Below, piece by piece: positions 47,361 through 62,980 of a DNA stretch of 64,000 nucleotides. The stretch's first letter is position 1, and each line of letters starts with the position of its first letter. The stretch comes from Geosiphon pyriformis uo1. Lineage: Eukaryota > Fungi > Glomeromycota. Where the stretch lies: positions 1 to 64,000 of the forward strand of contig JAAOMT010000703.1 in the NCBI GenBank assembly GCA_016748015.1, in the 5' to 3' direction. Both the position numbers and the translations under genes were made by a program. Under the pieces are notes generated by a model. That model was not told the DNA's origin. It was given only the letters and a program-made list of their open reading frames with translations, and made no database searches.

Positions 47361-50300
47361 TTATTTATTAACTTTAGTTTTTATATACATAACAATAATA
47401 AACTAAATAGAATTTAAAGTAGTTCTACAAAATAATAGTTTTTTATTTTTTTATTGAAATAGAAAAATAACAATAAATATATTATTTTTAATAATAATTA
47501 CAGATAAAATAATGTTGTGATTGCTGATATTATTATTAGATATAGTTATTTTAATTATAACAAAAAAACTTAAATAATTTTAAAAATTTGAAAAGATTAG
47601 TTGTGTTTTTCTAAATTTTTAGTGCAATTTTTTGTTTGTAAATTAATAGTATTAAGAATTAGTTAATATGTAATTATTGTTAATTTTTAATTCTGTAAAA
47701 TGGTTTTTGATTTTGGGTTTTGTGATTAAACCTATAATAAAAGCTGAAATTAATATTGTGATACTAATTTTTAAGTTAATAATTAATAAGTAATAGTTAA
47801 TTGTGATTAAAAATAAAATATGTATATTTATTACGATTAAAATTATTGTGAAATTATAAGTAAATAGTATTATAGCAATTAATATTGTTTTGTCTGAATT
47901 TTAAATTTGTAATTTAAAGTTTGGATCTTTTAATTAGAATTTTAATATTAATTTTTTGATTATTAATTAATTAACCACAATTTATAATTAATTTTAAAGT
48001 AATTTTATTTGTGATAATAATAACAAATTCTGGTTTTTTGTTGTTACTAATTTAATAATAACAATGATTATGCTAAGTTCTAAGAATAGTTATTGTTTTA
48101 TTAATTTTTGTAATATTGTAAAAATTAATATATAACTTAATTATTAATTAAATATTTCTTTATTTTCTGATTTATATTGTTATTAAGTTGTTTTAACTTA
48201 ATATCTAATTTAAATATTCTATTTATAATTAAATCTATAATTTAAATGTAATTTGTTTTGAGTTTGACCAATTTGAAATTTTGGACCAATATAATTATTA
48301 TTTAAAAATCTGTAAATATAATAAACATACTTATTAGAAAATAGTATTGTGTAATTTTTTAATTAATTAATTTAAAATTTGTAATATTATATAGTAATTA
48401 ACATAATTTATCTGAATTTAACACAAATATTAATAGAATTGTTTTAAGTATCTAGTAAATACTTTACTGTTTTCTTGTTTAATAATATTAAAATATTTTT
48501 ATAATCAAATAATACTGTTGTAATTGTTAAAATATTGTAAAAATATTGTTTTAAAATTATTAAATAATACAAATTTTATAATAAAATTTTGATATTATGA
48601 ATTAGTCATATTTTAAAAAAATATAAAACTGTTTAAAAAGCTTTAATATTGTTTTAATTATTAATAAAAATAACTTTTTTTTTATTATTTAGCTATACTT
48701 AAGTATTATTTTCTTTATTAGTAAATTTATTTAATTTAATATTTGGTATATAAATTATTAAAACTATTAGTAAAAAAAATAAATATTCTGATAGAGATAA
48801 TAGACCTATAATTGTTATTAATAACAAATTTACTAAGATATCTGGATTTATTAAGATTAAAATAAATTCTAAAATTTAATTTGTCAGAATTTAAAAAATA
48901 ATTGATTTAATATTAAATTTCTTTTATTTGTTTTTTGGTCTTTTTTTTTAATTTTGTATCTTTTTAGTTATTATTATAGTTAAAATTTAGTTTTAACAAT
49001 AGTGATTACAATAATATTAGTGTAATTAATCTTGATTGGAATTTTTTAAAATATTTTTTGTATTCTTTTAATAAATTACTAATTTTAATATAACTTTAAA
49101 AAATAAGTTTTGGTTTGAATATAGATATAAATACAATTTTTAATAAAATTTAAATAATACTACTGGAAATATAATAATATAATAGTTTTAATAATAAACT
49201 GTGTTTGGACCTCACTCGTTAAGCATAATAAAAAAAAAATAATAAATCAATTCAATTTTTTTTATAATAGTAGAATTATTATTTTTAGTATTGCAATTAA
49301 TATTAGATTAAATTACAGATTTTTTGTTGTAAATAAGAATTTTTTTAATATATTTGTAAATGGCTAAATAAATTTTTATAAATATAGTTGTAAAATTATA
49401 TAACTAGTAATAATTAATGTATTTTTTAATGGTTTTATAGAAATCAGTTTTATAATTTTTATGTTAATAATTCTTCTATATTATATTTGATTTTTTTATT
49501 GACATAAAATTTAATATAAATTCTGTTAAAAATAATTAAAGCTTAATTTTAAATCTTTTTGAAAATATTTGTATAATAATTTTATAAATTTTAATTTTAT
49601 CACTTTTGTTAATTTGTTATTAACAAGTGCTTTGTTTTTTGTAAATTATATTTTATAAAAAATACTGAATATTATAAATAAATATTAGTAATAGAGATTT
49701 ATAGATTTTAGAATTTGGTGCTTAATTAATATTTGTTATAATTTAAAAGTTTATTTGTAATAGAGTTTTTTATATAAATAATAAAAAATTACTATAATTT
49801 TAGTTTAATAAATTATTTAAAATTTCTCAGCATGATAACAAATTTATTTTGATATTTATATTTATTTGGTAAGTAATTTTAATTTTAATAACTATATTTA
49901 CACTTTTTTTTGGTATTTTTTATTAAACAATTTTTAATATTATAATCTTAGCATTTTTTTTATTGGTTAGTAATTAAAAAAACTCAGAAAAAATAAATAA
50001 ATAAAAATAAAAATTAGTATTCTGTTAATAATTATAATTAAAAACTATTGTTTTAATGTTTGTTAAATTATTATATTTAATACAAATAACATTAAAATAT
50101 TAAAATTATTTCAAATTTCAATAAGATAAATCAAAATTTATTAAAAAATAATATTTTTTAAATAATTTGAATGAATATGTTTATTATTTTGGCTATAATT
50201 TAATTAAAAAAATAATAAAAACTAAACTGATCTCAAAGTAAACTTATTTAATTTTTAGATTTTTTTTTAGTTTTAATATTTTTATTATATATATTTATAT

Positions 50301-50483
50301 TTTTATAATACAAGATTTTTATAATTTCTGCAATTATTGTTGAAATTTCTAGTATTTCTAAAATTTTTGGCATTTTTGCTTGTATTCTTAAAATTTCTGG
50401 TATTATATGTTCTTATAATTTTCTTATTTATTATTAGTTATTTATATTATTATTATTTTTATGTTTTTTTTATACAAATAATA
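47361..50483 (-). mobile_element. Element I (D/H family): 5' LTR ~49670-50483, gag, start of PR; extremely eroded
   Basis: Reverse complement aligns loosely to H 53724-56870; decayed PBS ~49651-49667. Confidence 0.72.
49199..49237 (+). mobile_element. Extreme 5'-truncated LINE tail insertion
   Basis: GTGTTTGGACCTCACTCGTTAAGCA plus poly-A matches the LINE 3' ends; TSD AATAATAAA. Confidence 0.75.
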
Positions 50484-53400
50484 CTACCAAAAAAAAGCTT
50501 TTTATTTATTTTAGAAGATATTAACAAACTTAATTTTGAAAATTAAACATATTTTAACAAATTTAATTTAAGATTTTGCTATATTAATATGTTAATATCT
50601 TTGTTAATAAAAATAAATTTGAATAAATTAACTTTATAAAACACAAAATTAATACAAAAATACCAGACTTATTAAATAAAAAATTATTAAGTAATTTTTA
50701 ATAGAGACAATTTAATAAAAAAAATATATAGCAAATGTTAAATAATGGCTTAATCAAAAAATTTTAAGTCTATAGTTTTTATCTGTTATTTTAATTACCA
50801 AAAAAAATAAAAAAATAAATTTCTGTATTAATTACAAAATTTAATAGTATTATTCAAAAAAATAGCTATCTAATTTTATTTATTCAGAAAATTTTAAATA
50901 ATTTGAAAAATAAAAAATGGTTTTTATTATTAAATTTGGCCAATAAATATTAGTAAATCAAAATAAATCTAATTAATAAAAAAAAACTGTTTTTATAACC
51001 CAAAATAAAAACTTTAAAATTTAATATTATGTCTTTTAAACTCTAAATGCTTCAATTATTTTTTAGTGTTTAATAAATATTATTTATAAGAAAATTCTTT
51101 AAAAATTAATTGTTATTTATTTAAATAACACAACAGATTTTTAAAATATTTAATAATCACTTATTTTATTTTTAACAAATGTTTAACTGCCTCCAAAATA
51201 TTGAATTCAAGTTTAATTTAAATAAATATTTTTTTAAAAAACTAAACTAAAATTCTTAGAACATATTATTGGAAAAAATAAAATAAAATCTGATTTAAAA
51301 AAAATTCAAAAAATTAAGAATTTTCTTATATTTACTAATTTTAATGAATTATAAAAATTTTTAGGATTTGCTAAATATTATTACAAATTTATTATAAATT
51401 TTTTAAACATTATTAAATCTCTTTAATATTGATTTTTAAAATATGTTTTATATATGTAAAAAAATAATTAACAAAAAGTTTGTAACTATTTTAAATACCA
51501 ATTTATTATAACTATAAATGCTTTAAAAATATTTTAAAAACTGTTTTATTACAAATTAGATTTGATAATTAAGAATATTTTATTGTTTATATTAGTTATA
51601 ATACAAATCTAACCAAAAAATATATAGTATTATTGATTTAAAATATTTTTATATTTGTTAAATTATAACAAATTGGAAATATTGTTTTTGTTAATCATTT
51701 ATTTTGTATATTAATTATAAAAAACTAATATAATTGTTTAATAAATTACAATTAAAAAAATATGTTAAATAAAATACTTATCTATAATAATTTTCATATA
51801 AAATTTATTATAAAGAAAGAACTAAAAACATAAATACTAACAGTTTATTAAAAATAACACAGATTTAATTATTTTATAATAAATTTTTATCTTTATAAAC
51901 AATTATATTAATATTTATTAATACTTTAATTTAAAGTAAAATTATTTTAACAGAAACAAAATGCTATTTAAAAACAAATTTAAAATTATTTTATTTATAA
52001 TAAAAAATTATAAATACAAAAACCATATCATATTTCAATAAATTATAAAAAATATAGAAAAAAAAATAATTCTGTTTAATATATATTTTATTTTATTACT
52101 AGATATATTAATAAAAATATTATATTAAAAAAAACTATTTAATTATATTATTAACTAATTATATATAAAAATATTTTTAAATATATTTATAATTATAACT
52201 TTTACCAAAAAAAAGAAAAAATCAGAACAAGACCACTTTAACCTATTTCAATTAAAAATCTATTTAATAAAATTGAAATTAATTTGTTTAGATTTTTTTT
52301 AATTATTTTTAAAAAAACTAATATATAATTATAACTGTTAATTATTTATTAGATAGTTAAAAACCCAAGTTATTTAAATAGCAGATGCAAAAACAGTATT
52401 TAAATTTGTATACCAAAATTTTATTTGTTAATATAAATGTCCAAAAAAGCTATTATCTGATTAAAGAACTTATTTTATTAACAATACTCTTGTAAAATTA
52501 AGTTAATAATTTGGAATAAATTATTATTAATATTTAATTTATTTATTTATGAATAATATAATAATAATATGTTAAAATATTAGCAAAAATAAGCCATAAG
52601 AATATACAAAAATAAAACTTATTTATATTTTTAGTATTATTTATATATTAAATATTAAAGCAAAACACAATTTAATTTATACTTTTTAAATTAATATATA
52701 TAAAAAATTATATTGCTTATTAAATTAAAAATACTTTGTTTTTTAATAAAATCAATTATTAATAAAAATTTTAAAGCTATTTTACTTTAAAAAACAGTAT
52801 TAGTTTAGAAAAACATTAGAAAATAATTACAAAATAACAGTTAATAATATTAGTAATTTTTAAAAAAAACAAAAAAAAAACATAATAATTATTTATTTAA
52901 CTAACTAGTAAAATTTAATATTAAAGACAAAGTATAATTACATTATATTAAAATAAAAAAACAATGAAATAAAAAATTAGGCTCAAGATAAAATAGATTA
53001 TTTTACATTTATAAAATTTTCAGTATTAAAATTTACAAACTATATTTAGAAAACAAAATTACTTAAAATTTTATTATATAATACAAAAATTGTTTTTAAT
53101 AATATTTTAACTAAAAACACAAATTTATTAATTAAATCTAAAAATATTTTATAAAATTTAGAATTAATTATTATTATTAAATACAATTTTTTATTAAAAA
53201 TTTAAACCACAAAATTTGAAGATATAAAACATAGTCATAAAATCAAAATATAGCAAGTTTATTTTATTATAAACATTTTAAATACTATCTTAAAGTTTTT
53301 ATAACAACTGTTTAAATCTAATTAACAATTAATAATATTGTTAAAAACAATTATTAATAATAAAAAAATACAATACAAAACTACAAACAAAAATCCAATT

Positions 53401-53723
53401 AAAATTAAATATTTTCAATTTTATTTGGTATTAAACAATAAAAACTTCAATACACAAATAATAATAAAAATAAAAAAAACTTTGCACAACTTGTTAATAA
53501 AATCAAATACTAATAAATACTTAAAACTTTTATAACATGAAAAAAAACTTTTCAATCAATATATTAATTTTTTAAAATTATTAAAAAACTAGATCTACAA
53601 ATACCATATATAGATAATAATAATTAAATTTTCAATAAAAAAACTTTCTAACAAATAGAAAAAAACAGCTTAATATTATATTATAAAACAATTTATTAAT
53701 TATATTTAATATTCAAATATTAT
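50484..53723 (+). mobile_element. Element J (A family): RT, RH, IN, ORF3; extremely eroded
   Basis: Collinear with A 13630-17050. Confidence 0.82.
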
Positions 53724-54579
53724 TGTTATTTATAGAAAAAAAATACAAGAAAAAAATAGAAAAAACAAATTATAAAATAAATCAATAAGAGAATAATACT
53801 CAACAAGTGAGCACATTTTTAGGAAATAGTATAGAAAAAAGTAAAAATATGTGAGATTTTATATAATACAAATTATGTATATATAGCAAGAATATTAGAA
53901 GCAAAAAAGACAGAACAGTAGTTAAAAACAAATAATTATCCAATATTTTTTTCTTCAAAAAATGTTTTTTATAACTTAAAGTAAAATTATATTTATATTA
54001 ATAAAATACTCAATTTTTATCTAATCTATGTTATTATTGTTTGATTAAAAATTTTTATCATTTTTTTATTATCAACAATTTATGTTAATAAAATCTAATA
54101 CTTAATCATACTAGACTAATAACTTTTGATCATAACTATTGATAGAATATTAATTTTTTATTTCTTTTTTTATTTTTTTTTATTTTTTTTATTTTTTTGT
54201 TGTTTACTAAATTGATTAAAAAATTAAGTATTGAATAATTAATGTTAAAAATAGCCTAGTAAAAGATTTATAAAATAAGGATAAAAAACTTAAGAATAAC
54301 TTACCAGAATAGTACAACTGTCAGATTAAATTGGCCACTATGCTGAAAACAAAAATTGGAAAAAAATTATTAATTGAATCTTTGTTTATTGTACAAAAAA
54401 CTCAACCAAAACTTTTAGATTACAAAATCTTTAGAAATTACTATTATTAACAGTTATTGAGCACTAAGTTATAGATTTGTTATTTGTTTTAACATTCCAA
54501 ATAATTATCTGTAATATTTAGTGCTTTTTATAAGATATAATTTAATAAAAAACCAGTACTAATATTTATTATTTTATAT

Positions 54580-57500
54580 AATAGCAAAATCAAAAATAAT
54601 AAAAATAAACTACTTGAAATTTATAAAAGTTTTATTCCAATATTATCAAACTTATCTCAGACTAACAAGTAATAATTAGCTAACAAAATTAGTTTTTAAT
54701 TATTATATTAACAAAAAAATTATATACTACTTGAAAAACCAAGAAGATCCAAACATTACTTTCAAAAATTTTTACAGTAAATTACTTTAAAGCATTATAC
54801 TTCAACAAAATTATCTGTTCACACTACTTATTACAAAAATAAATTAAAAAATTGAAAATTATATCCAATAAAAATTTTTTATTATTTTTATAAACAAAAA
54901 AAAAAATTACAAATTTCAGTAAAAACACCAAAAAAAATACAACTGTTTAATAAAAAGAAACCAAAAGTTGTTTCATTTATTAATTCATTATATTATTATA
55001 TATCCAAAAGCACTATTTAAATAACATTAACTGTTATGTCTATATTAAAAACACTATTATTATGAATATTGTTTTAAAATAACCAAAAAAAACCAAATTA
55101 TTAGGAATCTATAACAATTATTTCAAAAAATTTAAATAGCAATCAATAATCTCATTAGAACTTTAATTACTGTTATTTTAACCTAATTTCTGATTTATCA
55201 GTAATTAGACAAAAACCAAATCAGAAAAAAAAGGAATAATAATCAAGAAATTAATAATTAAAACCCAATCTAAATAATCTGAAAAACCAAACTCCAATTG
55301 TTTAAACCTAGCAAAACCTAAACAATTTAAATCATGTTTCTATTATTTAGCAATACTTATTTCTAATTATCTAGATCAATCTACCAGTTGTACCAATAGC
55401 TTTTTTTAACAACTATAATAGCAATTTTTTATATAAATAACATATATACTAATTGTCAAATTAGAAAAATTTATCTGTAAAAAAAACAATATCCAAGCTT
55501 AGTTAAATAATATAGCAAAAGTTATTATAACCAACAGATAAAATAACATCAAAGCCTTTCAAGTAATTCCTTATTTTTTACAAAATATTAATAACTTATA
55601 ATACCAGAATTTTATAAACAAACTCCAAAATTTTAATGTGTTCAAAACCACATTTTTATAGTATTTTAGTGATTATAATAGCATCAATTATTTATTAACT
55701 AGCTTTATTATAATTAAACAAGAGGATATTAAAACAGTTATTATGTACTTAGAATACTTTTATTAAAATTTGTACTAAATTCAAACAATTAATACTAATT
55801 ATTTTACAGTATTACAGATTTTGACTTAATTTATTTGTAGATTATGTAGTAGTCTTTTGTAATAAGTATAGCTATTACATTTAAATATTTTTCAAAACAC
55901 AGTTATATACATTAGCAATTTCGAATCAAGTGAACTTAAAGCCAATTATATACAAACCATAAATCTAATAATAAATAAATTATTTAAATTAGATACCAAG
56001 TTAAAACAATTTGGCAAAATAATTAATTAGAAAATTAAGAAATACTTAGTTAATAACACAACAATTTATTAATTTTTTTAATATCACAATCATTAGAGAA
56101 ATTCAAACAGATTTTAGAATTAATTATGTCTATTGTTATTATTAACAAATCTACTATAACAATAAAAAATATATATTTATTACTACTGTAGTAAACAAAA
56201 AATTTGAAAATAGACTATAGAGCAAAATTAAATAATCAACAATCAAGAAATTAATATTAAAACTCTGATTGCAAGGTTTAAATTTCGAATTATATCAACA
56301 ATTTATTATTAAAACTATACCAATATTAATTACTGTATGTACTAATAACACAATAATCAATATATGTACTTCTAATTTATTAAATTCTAATATCAGTAAT
56401 TTATCAAGCCCCATAGCCACCACTTATCTATCAATTCTAACAAACTCAAGCACCACTCTAAATTTAACTTTATTACCAATTAGAAACCAAAATTAAGAGT
56501 TATATACACTCAACAGAATTGAAGATTGGTAATAATTATGCACCAAATAATCTTCAATTCATTAAACCAGCCATTAGAATTATGTTCAAAAAATTTGGAA
56601 AATAGTTATGTTCAAAACCCAAATTTTCAGAATTATTTAAGCCTTTTGGTTGTTCCAAAAGCTATCTAATCTAATAATCTAAAACCACCAAAACAACCAC
56701 TTATTAACAACATTTTACTAACAACTATTACTAAAGATAAATTACTTGTTACCATATTTTTTTGAATTAGAAAACCAAATTAAAACACCATTATTTAATA
56801 AAACTGCTTTTGACATAAAACCAATTATCACAATATACACTAATATCAAAGTTAATAACCAATCTATTAAACTAATCTTTAATAATAGTTTAGTAAACAA
56901 CATCATTACATAACAACTTATAGACCAATTAAGTTATCAAGTTAATTGTGTTGTTAACACCAAAATTATTACTATTAATAAAGCAACTAAGACTTTAATT
57001 GGTGAAATTGAAAACTTCTTATTTGAAGTTAATAATATTATTGTGTTCATTAAAGTTCTAGTAATAAAAGTTATGCAATATTAAGCTTTTGTTGGTAATA
57101 ATTGGTTGTCTAAAACTAATATTGTATTTAATTAAAACATTCAGAAGCTTTAGCTAATATTTAATAGTTAGCATATTTAAGTATTTGTTACTTGCAAATA
57201 CTTTAAAGTTTTATTAAAAAAGCAATTATTAATTGAACTAAAAAAAAAAACCTATTTGAAAAGCCTATTAAGTTTTATAGACTAAAAATAAACACAATAA
57301 ACTACTATCAATATTCACTTAAGAAAAGAAAAAAAAAAGACAAACTTCAAATTATTATTACTATAAAAAACCAGCTAGTAGTTAAAATATCTTATACTTA
57401 ACACTAGTACTAAGAAAATACTTATTTTATATTCTATTTAAATACATAAATTACAACAAAAAGCTTTTATTTATAAGAGCTTAGATTTAATCAGAAAAAA

Positions 57501-60500
57501 AATATGAAATATATATTTGCTATTATTATAAAGCATGTTACTAAGAACACTTTAAATACCCAAAATAAATAAAAAAGTAAAACAACAAATTATGTCTTGT
57601 TTGTAAAAAAACTTTACTTAATAAAAGAAAATAAAATGACATTTCTAGTCATGAAAAAACGTGCAATATATTATACCAATACACAATTTTTATTTGTAAC
57701 TGGATAAGCAAAGAAACATCTTTTAATATTACATAAAACAAAGCTCTTTTATATTTGAACAGTTATTCACACAATAAAAATAAAATCTGGCAAATAACAA
57801 GTGCCAAAGTCAAAAACACTTTACTTAGTAAAATATTAACAATTAAACTAACTTATCAAAACTTATTAAAACCATTTTTATCCTAAATTCAACCATTTTT
57901 GTTGATATTATGAACAATATAAAACAATTTCATAAATATTACCAAAATTTAGCACCTACTTAAGAAAAACAAAAGCAGCATTTAGAACAATTAAATGCTA
58001 AACTCTATAAATATTATTTAATTTTTAGTAACTTTAAATATTGTAACAATTGTGATTTTATTTACAATTTATTATTATACATAATCTATTTGATTTCCAA
58101 AAAAAAAACCAATTAGCACTTATACTTTAAAATTGAAATCAAAATGTAATTCTAATTTAAACTCTAATAAAAATAATAACAATAGCTTTAACACTATTTA
58201 CAATAGCAATAATAATAATAACAATTCAAATTTCAACAAAAATTTCAATTTATATATTATACTTTCAAATTTTTTAATAAAATAAAAACTTAAATAGTTC
58301 AATAATAATAACAAAAATATTATACCAGAATGTGTATATAATACTGATACAAGATTTAATCTTAAATATCTTAAAAAAACTGCCATTAGATTGGAATCTT
58401 ATTTATGTACTAGTATAGATTTAAAATTAATACTGGAAATTTTGGCAATAATATTGGTATAATTAACATCTAAATTTATTTTGCAAAAAAAAATTAATAT
58501 CAAAGAAAAAATAATTGACACAAGATATATAGAAAATATTATTATAATACTACAAAATAAATTAAAAAAACCATATATCATTAAATTCAATAAAAAGATA
58601 ACACAGACAATATTTATGTTTCTAGTAAAAATAGCTTAGTTAGTATTAATAAAAATGAAGAAAAAATTAGAGATAACAGCAAGAGAGATAAATAAATTTA
58701 GATCTATAGATAGATTAAAGATATCAGTTAATATAGTAAAAGAAGAAATAATTGATTAAGAAGAAATTATTTTTACTCATTAATTAATTTCTATTCTATT
58801 ATATAACTAGTATATATTAGTTATTAAAAGGAAAGTAAAGAATCAATTCCAAATTTTTAAAGTAAAACTTATTATTTATAAATCAGAAAAAATTGTTATT
58901 ATCAATCTCTATATACTAGCTAAAAACCATAAACATATTAAGATATTAATACACAATATTATCAAAAACTCAATAGAAATACCAAATAAAATTATTATTA
59001 GATACTTAAGTATTAAAGTTGAGAATCAAGCATTAATTATTATTTTAGATTTTTTATAACTATGTAGATATATAAATATTACATCACAGACTATTTACAA
59101 ATAAAAAAAATGCTATTTGTTACAATTAGAATGATTAAAGCAAATAAATTTAGAAAACTTAGCCACATTCTAATATATGTAAATCAAGTTATTATTTAAT
59201 AATTTTACTAATATCTTTGCAAGTGAAAATGAATTTGACAGGACTGATATCATTTACTATCAGATCAAAACTAAAAATATAATATTAATTAAACAAAAAA
59301 CATATTAAATATTACTTATTAGTTATATGATTATTTATTAAGAAATCAATCATATGTTAAACAATAAGTTAATTCAATTATTAATAAGTTTATAATTATT
59401 ATTAGTAGTATTTATCTAGAAAAAAATAGAAAAATCTGTTTTTGTATAAATTACAGAAAACTCAACAATATTACTTATAAAAATAGCTATTTAATTTCAT
59501 AAATCTAATAATTATTCAATGTTTTTGGAGAAAAAAAATTGTTTTTCATATTGGATTTAGACAATGGCTATTGGTAAGTAATCATAAATTCAGTTAATAA
59601 AAAAAAAAATTTACATTTGATATCATGTTTTTTAGCTTAACCAATGTTCCAGCTACTTTCTAATAACCAATAAAAATCATTTATACTAAACTATTATAGA
59701 AATCAATAGTAATTTATTTGGATAACACAAATGTATTTTTCAAGACATTTAATAACTATTTTTATTATTTTTAATAAATGTTTAAAAAATTAAGAGTTAA
59801 AATTAAATGCTATTAAATGTTTCTTTGAAAAGATTAAACTTAAGTTTTTGGAACATGTTATAAACAAAAACAGCATCAAAATAAATCCAAATAAAATTGA
59901 GATAATTAAAAACTTTTCAATACCAACAAATTTGATAAAATTAAGAGCATTTTTGAAATTTGTTAAATACTACTGTTATTTTATTTAAAATATTTCTAAA
60001 CTAGCTGAATTATTTTACCAGTTTTAAGCCAAAAACACAAGATATAAATAAACTAAAAAACAACAAAAAACTTTCAACATATTATAGAAAAAACTTGTTT
60101 AAGTTCTAGTATTGATCTATTTAGACCATAACAAATTATTTATTATTATAATTAATACATCAAGTCAAATATTAAGAGCTATATTATTACAAAAAAAATT
60201 GGATAAATAAGAATATTCAATAATATATGTCAGCTAAAGTTTAAGTCTAGTTGAAAAAAACTATAGAACTTTAGTATTAAAATATTTGGCTATTTATTGG
60301 GCTATTATTAAATAAAAAAATACTTAAGTCAAAAATTTAATGTATATACTAATCACAAAAAACTAATATTATTCCAAAAGCAAAAATTTGGAAACAATTG
60401 TTATGCAAAATAAAAAATAGAACTATTACTATTTTATTATATAATACATTATAAAAAAAAAACAGAAATACTAATGATTTATTATAAATAAAACAAATAT

Positions 60501-61890
60501 AAAAACATTTCAACCCAAAAATATAATAAAAGATAAATACACAAAAATATTAACAACTCTATTATTATATTAATACTTAACAATTCAAAAAAAAATTATC
60601 TTAAAAAGTACAAAAAAATATAAATTAACAATTAAAATATTTTATTACTTACTAAAATATACTATATTAAAAAAACAGAAAAAATCTAGACCAATTATTT
60701 AAAGTAATTACAAAACCAAAAAAAAAGATAATATTGTTTAATATATACTTAAATCTAACTGTAAAATATTTTTATAAAGAAACAACCATAAAAAAAACCA
60801 TAAAAAAATATTATTGGTCATTAATATATTCTGATATTATTCAATATGTTCAAAATTGTAATGTTTGTTAAAAAAGAAAAGGAATAAAATTCAGTAAACT
60901 ATTAAAACCAATTAAAGTAAGACAATTATTTAATTAAATTAAAATTGACTTAGTAAGATTATTAACAATAACCAATAAAAACAACTAATATATAGCAGTA
61001 ATTATAGACTATTTTATAAAATGACTAAAAGCTAAAACTATTCAAAAAGCAGATACAGAATTTGTAATCAAATTTGTATACTAGAATTTAATTTGTCAAT
61101 ATAAATATCCAAAAAAATTATTATTAGACCAAGAAATTTGTTTTATAGATAGAATATTAACAGAGTTAAGTCAAAGATTTGGAATTAAAAAACCACTATT
61201 ATTGCTATATTATTTATAAACAAATAGCTTAATTGAAAAATTTAACAAAATATTGTATAAAACAATAGCCAAAATCAGTTAAAAAACCAGTATAAATAAA
61301 ATTTGTTTATACTATCAGTATTATTTGCTTATTAGACAATAAAGCAAAATACTACATAAACAATATTATTTGAATTAGTATATAGTAGAATAGTAATATT
61401 ATCAATTAAGATAGATATCAATACGTATTTAACAAAACCAATAACAAAAACCAAATTTTAAGAAACATTGCTGAAAAAAATATATGATTTAATAAAAATT
61501 TTAGAAAACAAAAGACAAAAAGCAGTTGATAATATACAAAAAAACAAAAAAACAATATAACAACCAGTTATTAGATAAACAAGTTAAATTTAAAATTAAA
61601 AACAAAATACTCTTATATTATATCAAAACAGAAAAACAATAGAATAAAATGTTTGATTCTAAATGAAACAATCTATTTTAAATTAAAAAAATTCTAGAAA
61701 ATAAAGCTTATAAATTAAGATAGAACAACAAAATTTTAATTAAAACAGTACATAATAATTAACTAAAATCATATCACAATATAGAATTATTATCTATTAG
61801 TAATATTCCACAACTGGAAATACAAGAAATACTAGTTAAATTAAATAAAATTTTATAAATCTAAAACTAATGATAATTATCAAAGAAAAC
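54580..61890 (+). pseudogene. H gag-pol: gag to ~56700, PR ~56820-57200, Cys-rich ~57430-58080, dUTPase ~58290-58710, RT ~59210-59900, RH ~60110-60450, IN ~60720-61780
   Basis: Decayed motifs ALVGNNWL, NTDTRFNL, FCINYRKLN, LDLDNGYW, YLDNTNV, KIDLVRLL, TNSLIEKFN. Confidence 0.88.
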
Positions 61891-61899
61891 ATGGAAAAT

Positions 61900-62575
61900 A
61901 AATCAAGATAAAAGTATATAAAAACACAGTAAACATGATAAAAATAACAATAAAAGATGAAAATTCCAGATTATATCTATATAATAACACAATAATTGTT
62001 TTAAGCCATAAATTAACAATAATTAAACATAAAAATTATTATTAATTATCAAATAATTTGTTATAATAACACAAAAAAAAAAGAAAAACAAAGATTATTT
62101 CATATTAGCAACTACAAAATTAAACAAAGTACTGGTTGAATAAAATTATAGAAAAAGTAAAAAACACTTTTAAAAAAATACCAATTACTATTCTAACAGA
62201 AAAATTAATTAAAAACTGGAAACTATAAATAAAACAACTTCCAATAGCATATTATTACTATTAGTTGGGATGAAAACTAAATATTTAGAAATTATATACT
62301 AACAAATCTAAAAAAATATTCAATCAAGAAATAATACAACAGATTGAAAACTTTATTAAAAAAAAACCAAATTCTATATTATATATCAAAACAATTTATT
62401 AACTATACACTATATTTCAAAATTATTCAAAAATACTACTACATTTAGAAATAAAACAATAACTGTTAACTAATGAGAAAGAATAACCAACTCTTAATTC
62501 AAAGACATAAAAACCAAAATTAAACAAACAGTAAAAAAAGAAATAATAGATTTAATTCAAAATAAAAATTTTAGT
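61900..62575 (+). pseudogene. H ORF3 homolog
   Basis: IAYYYY*LG*KL...YIKTIY*LYTIFQNY aligns with A ORF3. Confidence 0.6.
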
Positions 62576-62980
62576 AAAGCTTAATATTAAAGAAAAAAAT
62601 AATATTACTTATAAAAAAGAGCATAAAAAAAAATCGGAAAAACAAATCATAAAATAAATTAATAAAAAAATAATATTTAATAAGTAAGCATATTTTCAAG
62701 AAATTATGACACATTTTTAGGAAGTAGCATAAAAAAAGTAAAAATGTGTAAAATTTCATATAACACAAATTATGTATATATAGCAAGAGTATTAAAAGCA
62801 GAAAAAACAGAACAGTAATTAGAGACAAATAATTATCTAATATTTTTCTTTTCAAAAGATAGTTTTCTATAATTTGAAATAGAATTATATTCATATTAAT
62901 AAAATACTTAATTATCATTCAATCTAAGTTATTATTTCTTGATTGAAAATTTTCATTATTTTTTTACTATTAATAATTTA

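Larger units (their letters stand above)
53724..62980 (+). mobile_element. Ty3/gypsy element H (D family), near full length: 5' LTR 53724-54516, PBS 54519-54535, 3' LTR from 62603 interrupted by a LINE
   Basis: 53724-54082 aligns to 62603-62980; PPT 62589-62602. Confidence 0.9.

Noticed and set aside
44521-62918. Short F/L/I/Y-rich ORFs (44521, 50337, 58198, 62571) as membrane proteins
   Set aside because: Chance frames in AT-eroded, mostly antisense TE or LTR sequence
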